A stretch of 32,000 bases of DNA from Haloferax volcanii DS2. Its GTDB lineage: Archaea > Halobacteriota > Halobacteria > Halobacteriales > Haloferacaceae. The stretch lies in contig NC_013967.1 in NCBI RefSeq assembly GCF_000025685.1, positions 2,640,001 through 2,672,000 on the forward strand, given 5' to 3'. This document shows, piece by piece, positions 18,691 to 26,812 of the stretch. The notes beneath the pieces are model-generated. The model was given only the letters and a program-made list of their open reading frames with translations. It searched no databases and had not been told where the DNA came from. Position 1 is the stretch's first letter. The number at the start of each line of letters is the position of its first letter. The translations under genes were made by a program, and so were the position numbers.

Positions 18691-21600
18691 GGAGGAGGCG
18701 ACACCCGACGGCCCGCTCCGGTTGAAAGGGGCACAGCGGGAGATCAGGGACGAGTACTTCGCCTGCGACGCGGGGCTGTTCACGCTCAGCTGCGTTCCCG
18801 GTTCCGGGAAGTCGGCGACCGCAACTCACATCGCCGCAGAAGACCTCCTCCGTCGGTACGTCGACGGTGATCCGACCCCCGAGCTGCACGTCGCGGTGGT
18901 CTCGTTCAACAGGGACGAGGCCGCCTCGATCGTTCCCGCGGTCTGTGAGCGGCTCCGAGTCATCGTCGAACACGAGCTCGTTCCGGCCGCGTCGGAGGTG
19001 TCCGAACCGGAACTGAAGTACCTCCTCCAGCGGGTTCGTCGAGCGCCGTTCATCGGGACCATCGACAGCCTACTCAGGGGAGTCCTCCGAGAGGTCGTTC
19101 ACGACGTGGGGTTCGAGACGATGCCGTCGGTCGGAAACGAGGCGCTGTTGAAACGAGTCCACGCAGAGTGTTACGACCGAATCTCCGACGACCCGGCGTG
19201 CGCACGCCGACTCGAACGGCTGGAAGCCGCGTATCCGTCGGGTGACCACGACGCCGGCGTCGCGGAGATGCTCGAACGGGCGCTGAGGTACTGCCGCGAC
19301 CGGCGGCTCACGACGGAAGCGTTTCGGGTCGAGCTCGAACGAACGCGCGACGCGGTGTACGGAGACGGAGAGCCGGACTCGTTCGAGGACGTAGTATCGA
19401 GCGTGGAGCGCTGTCTCGGCGACTACGAGGCGGCCGGAGAGCGAGCCCGCGATTCGGTAAGCGACGTGGACCGTGGCCGCATCGTCGAAGCGGACAACGC
19501 GCTGTACCACGCGTGGGGCGCGCGTATCGAAGACCTCTGCGAGACGCTCTCGACGTACCGGGAGACCTACCGAGACGCCGTTCGTGAGTTCGGCGTCCTG
19601 TCCCACATCGACGTCTCGTACCTCGTCGACGCGTACTTCGGCGGCGAGTTCGAAGACTTCGACCGCGAGCTCCGGGACCACGTGCTCGGGAAGTACCGGT
19701 CCCGGATTCGGAGCCTCATCGTCGACGAGGCGCAGGACGTCTCGGCGATACAGCACGCCGCGCTCTCGCACCTCGTCACGCCCGAAGTGCGCGTTCTCGG
19801 CTGCGGGGACGTCCTGCAGGGAATCTACCTGTGGCGGCACGCGGACCCGTCGCTGTTCGAGTCGGCCACGACATCCGGTCGGTACCTGGGTATCGACTGG
19901 GACGTCCACGAGAACCGGACCGCGGCGACGACGTACCGCTGCGTGCCGGCGATCGCGTCCGCCGTCAACACCGTCGCGGAACCGATATTCGGCGATCCCG
20001 CCCGCGGGAACATCGGCGACCTCGATGCGGAATACACTCCGCTGGAGGCCGCGCGAGACGAGGTCGAAGAGACCGCCGTGCACGTCTCCTCGTTCACCGG
20101 CGTCGGCCATCCCGGGACGTCCACGTGGGCGAACCCCGACGGGGGACGGGGAGAGGCGAACATCCTGGCGACGCACATCTCTCGCGGTATCTCCGACGGG
20201 ACGTTCGCCGACGAGAACGGAGACCCGCTCGGGATCACCGTCCTGTTCAGGCGCAAATCGAGGATGAGCGATTACGATGCCGCGTTCGAAGCGGAGGGGC
20301 TCCGCGTCCGAAACGCGAGCGAGAACCTCTTCGACTGCCCCGCAGTTCGGGCCGTGTTCGACGTCTGTGACTGGCTCGTCGATTCGGCTTCGCCGGAGGG
20401 GACGAGGCGACTCGTCACGGAGTCGGGTCTCGGCCTCGAATCTCTCGAAGGGATCTTCGAAGCGAACGCGTGGAGTGTCGATCGCGTGCTCGACAGCGCA
20501 GACGAGGGCGCTCTCACCGAAGCCCAAAGAGAAACGCTCGCGGCGCTTCGTCGGCTCCGCGACCGCCGCGACGTCTTCGAGACGTTCCCCGCTCGGACGT
20601 ACGTCGAGGAGGTCGTCGGAGCCCTCGCGCTCAGGGCGGACCCTCACGGTGACTTCGGAGACGTCGATCCCGCGCAGCGGGTCGCAAACGCGGACGCGCT
20701 CGTCGAGACGATAGCGCAGTGGGCGGGTGACGAGCACCACTCTCTCCCCGATCTACTGGACCTCGTCGAGCCGTTCCGAGAGGAACCGGACGCCGGGCCG
20801 ACACGGCCGAGTTCCGTCGACGCCGATTACGACGTGCTCTTCCAGACGGTGCATCGCGCCAAGGGCGACCAGGACGACGTCGTCGTTATCGCGGACCCAG
20901 GGTTCAATATCTGGACCCAGGGCCCCCACGCCCAGCGCTTCGTCGCACAGGGCAACATCGCGGGGCTCGCGCCGCCGACGGACGCGAGCGCTCCCACCGA
21001 CGTCACGATCCCGCCCTTCGACGGTGGGCTGTACGACCCGAGCGACGGGTGGCAGCGCGACGTCGGGCTCCGTTGGGCGACCGCTCGATGGCGTGATACG
21101 GCTGTCCCCACTGCAGATCCCGACGTCCTCGTCGGTCCTCCGAGACTCCGCCGGTTGGCCGAGAACGAGCGGGCCGAGTCCTGGCGGCTGCTGTACGTCG
21201 CGCTCACGCGTGCGATGGACCACTTGATGATCCCGTTACCGAGGACTTTTCCCGGGGGACGCCCGCGAGACCGCTGGCTCGACTCGATCCGTGACGGGCT
21301 CCGCTTCCCGGACGGGTGTACAGAGACGTACACGCTCGCGCCGATCGAGTCGGACCCGAACAGCGAGCGGATACGGATCGGCGTCAACGACGCCGACCTG
21401 CTGGCCCGTCGGCACAGGAAGGGGAGCTCGACGCCGCTTCCCGAGGTCGCCGTGAGAGCTCCCATCTCCGATCGACTGGCTCCGTGGGTTCCTCGTTTCG
21501 TCAACCCGAGCACGATGTATCCCCTCACGAAGGACAAGGACCGATACGCGCTCGCTCACCTGCTCGGAGAACCGCTCCACACCGAGACGAACGACGTCGC

Positions 21601-22204
21601 GGAGGACCTGCCACTCGTCTTCGAGCGGATGGGCCCCGACGAGGTCGGGTCCTGCGTGCACGGGGTACTGACCGAACTCGTCAAACGCGAGGTGTCGGAG
21701 CGCGCCGTCCGATCGATGGGCGACGAGGTCAGAGACGTGTTCGACGAGGTCGTTCACGAACGCGAACCGGGTATCGGCGTCGACGAGCGGGACGGGCTGT
21801 TCGCCTTCTTCTCGGATGTGCTCGACGATTTCTTGGAATCCGACCTCTGGGCGCGGATCGCGGAGGCGGAGACCGTCGTCGTCGAGCGCCCCGTCGACGG
21901 ACTCGTGTCGCTCGGGGACGTCGAGATCGAAGTCCACGGCGAGGCGGACTTCCTCACCGTGTCTCCCTCGGGTGAGATTCACGTCACCGACGTGAAGGCG
22001 TCCCTGACCGATCTGACCGAGGAGACCCGACGCCGGTACGAACTACAGGTAGCCGCCTACGGATACCTCTTCGACCGGCAAGAGGCATCGGCGGAGCCGG
22101 TGCGACGGACCGTCGAGACGTTCGGCGCGACGCGCGAGACCGTCTCGTCGTCGTGGTCGCCGTCGATCGTCGAACGCCGGTTGTCCATGCTCACGGACGA
22201 TTGA
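18680..22204 (+). CDS. AddA/RecB-like SF1 (UvrD/Rep) helicase fused to a C-terminal PD-(D/E)XK nuclease (operon gene 6)
   Basis: 1174 aa. SF1 motifs: CVPGSGKSAT (I), VVSFNRDEAA (Ia), LIVDEAQD (II), GDVLQGIYLWRHA (III), TYRCVP (IV), VHRAKGDQDDVVVI and LLYVALTRA (V/VI). C-terminal nuclease pattern: GSCVHGVL..GEADFL..IHVTDVKAS..YELQVAAYGY. Confidence 0.85.
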   Translation: MVSEEEATPDGPLRLKGAQREIRDEYFACDAGLFTLSCVPGSGKSATATHIAAEDLLRRYVDGDPTPELHVAVVSFNRDEAASIVPAVCERLRVIVEHELVPAASEVSEPELKYLLQRVRRAPFIGTIDSLLRGVLREVVHDVGFETMPSVGNEALLKRVHAECYDRISDDPACARRLERLEAAYPSGDHDAGVAEMLERALRYCRDRRLTTEAFRVELERTRDAVYGDGEPDSFEDVVSSVERCLGDYEAAGERARDSVSDVDRGRIVEADNALYHAWGARIEDLCETLSTYRETYRDAVREFGVLSHIDVSYLVDAYFGGEFEDFDRELRDHVLGKYRSRIRSLIVDEAQDVSAIQHAALSHLVTPEVRVLGCGDVLQGIYLWRHADPSLFESATTSGRYLGIDWDVHENRTAATTYRCVPAIASAVNTVAEPIFGDPARGNIGDLDAEYTPLEAARDEVEETAVHVSSFTGVGHPGTSTWANPDGGRGEANILATHISRGISDGTFADENGDPLGITVLFRRKSRMSDYDAAFEAEGLRVRNASENLFDCPAVRAVFDVCDWLVDSASPEGTRRLVTESGLGLESLEGIFEANAWSVDRVLDSADEGALTEAQRETLAALRRLRDRRDVFETFPARTYVEEVVGALALRADPHGDFGDVDPAQRVANADALVETIAQWAGDEHHSLPDLLDLVEPFREEPDAGPTRPSSVDADYDVLFQTVHRAKGDQDDVVVIADPGFNIWTQGPHAQRFVAQGNIAGLAPPTDASAPTDVTIPPFDGGLYDPSDGWQRDVGLRWATARWRDTAVPTADPDVLVGPPRLRRLAENERAESWRLLYVALTRAMDHLMIPLPRTFPGGRPRDRWLDSIRDGLRFPDGCTETYTLAPIESDPNSERIRIGVNDADLLARRHRKGSSTPLPEVAVRAPISDRLAPWVPRFVNPSTMYPLTKDKDRYALAHLLGEPLHTETNDVAEDLPLVFERMGPDEVGSCVHGVLTELVKREVSERAVRSMGDEVRDVFDEVVHEREPGIGVDERDGLFAFFSDVLDDFLESDLWARIAEAETVVVERPVDGLVSLGDVEIEVHGEADFLTVSPSGEIHVTDVKASLTDLTEETRRRYELQVAAYGYLFDRQEASAEPVRRTVETFGATRETVSSSWSPSIVERRLSMLTDD

Positions 22205-22223
22205 CCGGTACATGACCGATAAG

Positions 22224-22252
22224 GAAATCGAGATTTCGGAAATCACGATTTC
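22224..22252 (+). promoter_or_regulatory. two tandem 14-bp perfect palindromes GAAATC-nn-GATTTC (operator-like)
   Basis: GAAATCGAGATTTC (22224..22237) and GAAATCACGATTTC (22239..22252), in the 239-nt gap between the helicase-nuclease stop and ATG 22444. Confidence 0.5.
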
Positions 22253-22443
22253 TAAATCCGTGCCATCGGCCCGGTACGGTCTCTGAGGGCGAACGTTCGG
22301 GAGACGGCTCTCTCCGAGCGTGGACCCCTTCACCTGGAGTCGGAGTTCCTGCTCCGTACTGATCTCAGCCAGCCGAATACGTCCTTCAGTAATCCGGTTT
22401 CGGGCGGTCGTGGACTTATGACCGTTCGGAAGAATTAGCGTGT

Positions 22444-23394
22444 ATGACCGAATCGGACCCCGCGGAACTCCCACCGCCGAACGAGGGGACGCCGCCGCTC
22501 GACGCCGCGGTCGCGGTGGAGTGGTGGTTCGAGTTCGAGGAGGACGGACGGCCGAAGCTCGACACGTTCCACGGCTTTCACGACGCCGAGAAGATCGCGG
22601 ACGGAGATCTTCCGGAAGTCGAAGACAGCGAGGTAGTCACCGCGACCGGTGCCCCCGTCGATTCGAACGGTGCGCTCGAAGGGGACGCGGGAGACCCCCG
22701 CCACGTGTTCCTCACGCATCGAGAGGCGCTTTCGCGCGGTATCGACCCGTGTACCAGTTGTTTCCCGCGGTACGCGACCGACCGTCGTATCGAGAGGGAG
22801 CGAGGAGACGACGGGCTCCTCACCGAACCGGGCGTCGAGGGTGTCGTGTTCAAGCTCTCCACCCGGTACGACTTGGAGTCCGACTGGACCGTCGATTCGC
22901 TTCACGATTCATACACGTCGATGCTGTACCGCGCTCGCGCGGTTCGTAAACACGCCGGGTCCGCCGGTGGGCGGCTTCGCGTCTCGTACATGCCGATTCG
23001 GCGGTGTGACTACGCGTCGTTCGAGCAGGCGATGGCCGCGGAGCCGTCGATGGCACACGTGTCCAAGCTCAGGTCGATACAGCCCGACGAACTGCCAGCA
23101 GTTCGTGATCGATTCGGCGACGACGCGCTTCGAACGCAGGTCGTCCACGAGCACCGCGTCACGGACACGGCCGACACGAGACCGCCGATACTCCACGAGT
23201 CGGAGAGTCCGCCCTGTGGATACGAACGCGATTCGCCCCTCTGGGGCGGGGAAGAGGACGAAGAGATTCGGGAGATGTTCGAGGATGTCCGACCGACGGT
23301 CGCCGACGTCATCGAACAGGGTAACGTGGTCCGGTTCTGTGAGACGTGTTTCCCGGAGCTCGCGTCGTGGGACGAGGACGCTATGGACGAGTAG
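22444..23394 (+). CDS. acidic hypothetical protein with two C-x-x-C-F-P motifs
   Basis: 316 aa with strongly acidic, haloarchaeal-type composition. DPCTSCFPRY and RFCETCFPEL lie about 200 residues apart and could be a split zinc-binding site. No family recognised. Confidence 0.6.
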   Translation: MTESDPAELPPPNEGTPPLDAAVAVEWWFEFEEDGRPKLDTFHGFHDAEKIADGDLPEVEDSEVVTATGAPVDSNGALEGDAGDPRHVFLTHREALSRGIDPCTSCFPRYATDRRIERERGDDGLLTEPGVEGVVFKLSTRYDLESDWTVDSLHDSYTSMLYRARAVRKHAGSAGGRLRVSYMPIRRCDYASFEQAMAAEPSMAHVSKLRSIQPDELPAVRDRFGDDALRTQVVHEHRVTDTADTRPPILHESESPPCGYERDSPLWGGEEDEEIREMFEDVRPTVADVIEQGNVVRFCETCFPELASWDEDAMDE

Positions 23395-23427
23395 TTCCCT
23401 CGACCGCTCCCGTCCGATAGAAGAGCG

Positions 23428-23700
23428 CACCTCGTTTCCTGACTTCAGCCTTCCGGGCACCTGGTTTCCTTACTGGGGGTTTTGGAACACCTCGTTTCCT
23501 CACTGAGGGTAGACCCCGTTTCCGCACTGGGAGGATTTCGAGCGCTTAACGTCCTTCTGAAGACACCACCTCGTTTCCGCACTGGGTGTTTTCCGGACAC
23601 CACATTTCCGCACTGAAGGTGACCCCGTTTCCGCACTGGATGTTCTGGGGCACATCATTTCCGCACTGAGGCCTCACCTCGTTTCCTCACTGGGACATCG
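23428..23700 (+). repeat. array of nine direct iteron-like repeats, consensus CAC(C)TCGTTTCC(G/T)CACTGRG
   Basis: The (G/A)TTTCC cores begin at 23434, 23464, 23494, 23518, 23573, 23604, 23627, 23657 and 23681. All have the same orientation, with spacings of 30, 30, 24, 55, 31, 23, 30 and 24 nt. The array lies between convergent genes. Confidence 0.85.
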
Positions 23701-23715
23701 AGTTTGAGCGCACGA

Positions 23716-24333
23716 TCACACCTTCAGCAGATGGTCGTAGATTCGCTCGGTCGTCTGGATGCTCCTGTGACGAAGGCGATTACGAACGTCGTAGAGCGAG
23801 TTCCCTTCCTCTTCGTTCATCATCCGGTAGGCGACGCCGTGCCGGAGGGCGTGCGGCGTGACGTCGCCGGGAGTCCCCCTACTCCCATCAAGCCTGAAGG
23901 GGCGAATCTCCGCCTTTTCGGCTATTTTGTGGATCATATTACGGACACCCTGTTCGGAGATGCGATCGGAAGAGCGCGATGGAAAGAGCGCCGGTGTGTC
24001 CTTCCACCGGTTGGTGAGATACGAAGACAGCAGTCGCGTGGTGTCGTCGGAGCATTCGAGCGTGACCGGCGGCGGCGAGTGCTCGTTGGGGTAGTCCTTC
24101 TGGACCTCGGTCGGCAGGTAGAGTTCCGAGTTGTCGTTGCGAAGGAACTCGACGTCGACGCGGACGAGTTCGCCGACGCGGAGTCCCGTGTCGTACATCG
24201 CGGTCACGATGGCTTCGTTGCGTTGCTGTAGGTACTCAGCACCGGTCGTGTAACACGCCGAGCGGAGCGCCTCGACTTGGTCGGGTGTCACCCACACTTT
24301 CGCTCGAACTTTGGAGTTTGCATATTCGCTCAT
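23716..24333 (-). CDS. small tyrosine recombinase (int3), catalytic domain only
   Basis: 205 aa. TGLRVGELVRV (Arg), TPHALRHGVAYRM (H-x-x-R), RLRHRSIQTTERIY (His..Tyr). Confidence 0.8.
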   Translation of the reverse strand: MSEYANSKVRAKVWVTPDQVEALRSACYTTGAEYLQQRNEAIVTAMYDTGLRVGELVRVDVEFLRNDNSELYLPTEVQKDYPNEHSPPPVTLECSDDTTRLLSSYLTNRWKDTPALFPSRSSDRISEQGVRNMIHKIAEKAEIRPFRLDGSRGTPGDVTPHALRHGVAYRMMNEEEGNSLYDVRNRLRHRSIQTTERIYDHLLKV

Positions 24334-24376
24334 CCTGGCACATTCATCTTATAAAGGGTAACGCTCCAAACCCCTT

Positions 24377-24412
24377 TGAACTTTGGAGTCTACAAGAAGA
24401 TTCCAAAGTTCA
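24377..24412. promoter_or_regulatory. 11-bp inverted repeat TGAACTTTGGA / TCCAAAGTTCA with a 14-nt spacer, upstream of int3
   Basis: Arms at 24377..24387 and 24402..24412. A third, direct copy GAACTTTGGAGT lies at 24306..24317 inside the first codons of int3 and is identical to 24378..24389. Confidence 0.6.
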
Positions 24413-24678
24413 GTATGTCTCCGCTGGATAAGAAAGAACACCGCGCCGAAAAAGAGGACATCCACATAGCCTGTCCAGACGAAAGAGTGGACTAGTTGAA
24501 TCAACCATCAACTTTCCGGGAAAGACACCATGGATCACCACGCCAGAAAATTCAAAAGAAACAGACAGGTTCGACGATCGTTTGAGCCGTCACTGTCTGG
24601 CGCTTGAAGGACGGTAGCCATGCTGGCTTGAACGTAATCCCGGTTGGAGGGTAAATCCCTCAGGGTATATCACCGTAC

Positions 24679-26093
24679 GTCTTAGGACCATTGGTGTTCG
24701 GTTAAGCACTGGATCGCCTCCTGAAGGCCTCAGCTACTCGTTCGTTGAGTAAGAGCCGCGATTTCTCTGGTTGGCGGGCGTCACGAAACAGCAGTTCCGA
24801 CAGGTTCGGCGGTGGATGGCCGAACGACTGGGCCAGATCTTCGAGCATGAGCTGGGCGAGAGACCGGAAGGTCTTCGCCCAGCGTTCTCGCGGAAACACT
24901 GTCTCTGGGAACAGCTCCTGAAACACCCCGAGCAAGGCTCTGCTGACCGTCAGCGTCAGCAGAGCCGCCACCACTAACAGCTCCACGATCGCTGGATCAC
25001 TCGTCTGGAATTTCTCCAGCCCATACAGCGACTTCAGTTCCCGGAACACCAACTCCACTTCCCACCGCAACCCGTACAGCGCCCCGACCTGCCTTGGAGT
25101 GAACTCATCGGGCAGATTCGTCACGTACAGGTGGTAGTCGTCGGTGTCCTCGTTGCGGACACCGACGACGCGAAACTCCATCGAATCCGTTGATTCCTTC
25201 CCAGCGTATGCCCGCCGTTTGAACTCGATCTCTACCGTTACGTCGATGATCTCCCGACTGAGATCTTCCAGAACGTCCCGAAGACGACGCTCTGGCAAGG
25301 AAATGGCGCGCCCGCGCCATTTCCGTCGCTCTCCAACGATCAACGGATTCGCGTTCGACTTCAGCCGACTCAGGAAGAACCCGCCGTTCTCCTCGATCAA
25401 CGCGAAGCGGCGGAAACTGTAGAAGCCCAGATCGAACAGTAACAGCCGGCCTCGTAGCCAACTCCCGGTGCGGAGTTGGCTGCTCTCGTGGGTGCGTTCA
25501 TCGGTGAGCTGGAACTGCTCGATCGTCTGCTTGGTCGCGTTCTGCACGAGGTGGAGTTTCGCGCCGGATTGACCCGAGTGAGTGGCTGGAAACGAATCGA
25601 GGAGCCGATGCAACCTGAACACGGTTGCATCGGCGATCAGTACGTCTCGAAACAGCTCGAACTGTGGCGCGATCGTGTGAGGAACCGCGACCTCCTCGAG
25701 AGCGTGCTCGAGGAGGTCGTTCAACAGTGCTGCGAGGGCCGGCGTGAACCGATCGTAGAAGCTTGAGCGGGCAACGGTCTGGTTGGTTGCTGCGGAGTAC
25801 GCCCGTTGAAAGCCGGCGATAGTTCGGGCTTCGCCGTCGACGGCGAAGCCCATGATGAGCGTCCAGACGAGCATCGTGATGTCGATTTTCCGGTCACGCT
25901 GGACGACATCGCGCTCGCGCGCGATGTCTTCGATTAGCTCGGTGGGAAACAGGGAAGTCAACCGTCGTCGTATGAGATCCGGGGAGAGTTGGTTTAGCAC
26001 ATTCTCTCCCCACGCGGTCTACAACGATAGCTTCGTCACTAGAGCGCCGTCTGTCGGTTTCTCCGCTTAACCGAACACGGATGGTCTTAGGAC
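24679..26093 (-). mobile_element. IS4-family insertion sequence (about 1415 bp)
   Basis: Imperfect 29-bp terminal IRs: GTCTTAGGACCATTGGTGTTCGGTTAAGC (24679..24707) and GCTTAACCGAACACGGATGGTCTTAGGAC (26065..26093). A single transposase ORF whose stop lies inside the IR. Confidence 0.85.
24702..26000 (-). CDS. IS4-family DDE transposase
   Basis: 432 aa. LIADATVF and LLLFDLGFYS supply the Asp residues. YGLRWEVELVFRELK matches the IS4 Y-x2-R-x3-E-x6-K signature. Confidence 0.9.
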   Translation of the reverse strand: MLNQLSPDLIRRRLTSLFPTELIEDIARERDVVQRDRKIDITMLVWTLIMGFAVDGEARTIAGFQRAYSAATNQTVARSSFYDRFTPALAALLNDLLEHALEEVAVPHTIAPQFELFRDVLIADATVFRLHRLLDSFPATHSGQSGAKLHLVQNATKQTIEQFQLTDERTHESSQLRTGSWLRGRLLLFDLGFYSFRRFALIEENGGFFLSRLKSNANPLIVGERRKWRGRAISLPERRLRDVLEDLSREIIDVTVEIEFKRRAYAGKESTDSMEFRVVGVRNEDTDDYHLYVTNLPDEFTPRQVGALYGLRWEVELVFRELKSLYGLEKFQTSDPAIVELLVVAALLTLTVSRALLGVFQELFPETVFPRERWAKTFRSLAQLMLEDLAQSFGHPPPNLSELLFRDARQPEKSRLLLNERVAEAFRRRSSA

Positions 26094-26111
26094 GATACAC
26101 CCCCCTGAGCG

Positions 26112-26218
26112 GAGTGTCTACAGACCGATTCGCAAGTTCATATCTCCGTAGACACTCTCTAAGGAGTGTAGAAAGTGTCTACGGTCTTTGAGAAAACATC
26201 AATATATTGATAAACATC
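26112..26218. repeat. cluster of GTGTCTAC motifs plus an AT-only 14-bp palindrome
   Basis: GAGTGTCTAC at 26112..26121, its inverse GTAGACACTC at 26148..26157, and AAGTGTCTACGG at 26173..26184. The perfect palindrome ATCAATATATTGAT at 26198..26211 is flanked by AAACATC on both sides. Confidence 0.7.
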
Positions 26219-26227
26219 CCGGAAATG

Positions 26228-26812
26228 TACATTGAAAAATGCACGATCTATTTGGAATCGTAGGACGGCAAGGGGAGACGTTTCTGAAAATCCTCTGTAT
26301 GTGTGAGAATTTTTAGTTTATCTGGGTCGAATTTGAGTGGAGTCCGCTAATCCGCAGGTCAACCCATGCAACGAAATCACGATGATCTGTTTGGAACCAA
26401 AAGACGGCGATAGATCCGTCCATCACATTGATTTCTGCACGCATTCTTTGGGATCGAAAGACGGCGGAGAGGCGGAAAGAAAGTTCCATTTCCCGGCCGA
26501 ACTCCGCTTGTGCGGCTACTTTCGGTGTCAATCCTGATTTGACCCTTCTGGACGTGATTGTAGTCAGATCTCTGAACTTTTACCTACATTGAAATCCGCA
26601 CGATTGATTCGTAATCCGGAGACAGGGCTCACTTCACGCTTCGCTGTGAAATCGACACGATCCGTTGGGAATCGCTATCCCGCAGCTCGGGTACCGGATC
26701 TCGACGTGGCATCGGAATACTGATGATTGAGATGATAGGTTCCTAAACCACGGATCTCCCGGGTACTACCGGCGAATACTCACATTGAATTTCGTACGAC
26801 TTCTTCGTGTGG
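26228..26812 (+). repeat. six degenerate direct repeats of about 32 nt, consensus ACATTGAAAnnnGCACGATnnnTTTGGAATCG, in AT-rich non-coding DNA
   Basis: Copies start near 26228, 26368, 26424, 26585, 26644 and 26781, alternating long and short spacing (140, 56, 161, 59, 137). Several are followed by a (A/G)GACGGC box. Confidence 0.65.

Noticed and set aside
23428-23700. Possible CRISPR array
   Set aside because: The repeats are only about 20 nt long with 3-10 nt between them (one 55-nt gap), the sequences are degenerate, and there is no leader or cas gene. This is iteron-like, not CRISPR.
23428-23700. Calling the iterons bona fide Orc1/Cdc6 origin recognition boxes
   Set aside because: The resemblance to the ORB core rests on memory and needs extra bases. 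The copies are all direct rather than inverted around a DUE, and no orc1/cdc6 gene is nearby. It is mentioned only as a hypothesis.
26228-26812. Possible degenerate CRISPR array or tRNA/sRNA gene cluster
   Set aside because: Spacing is irregular (56-161 nt) and the copies are divergent. They have no similarity to the 30-nt haloarchaeal repeat type I remember, and no cloverleaf can be drawn. Kept only as an unexplained repeat family.
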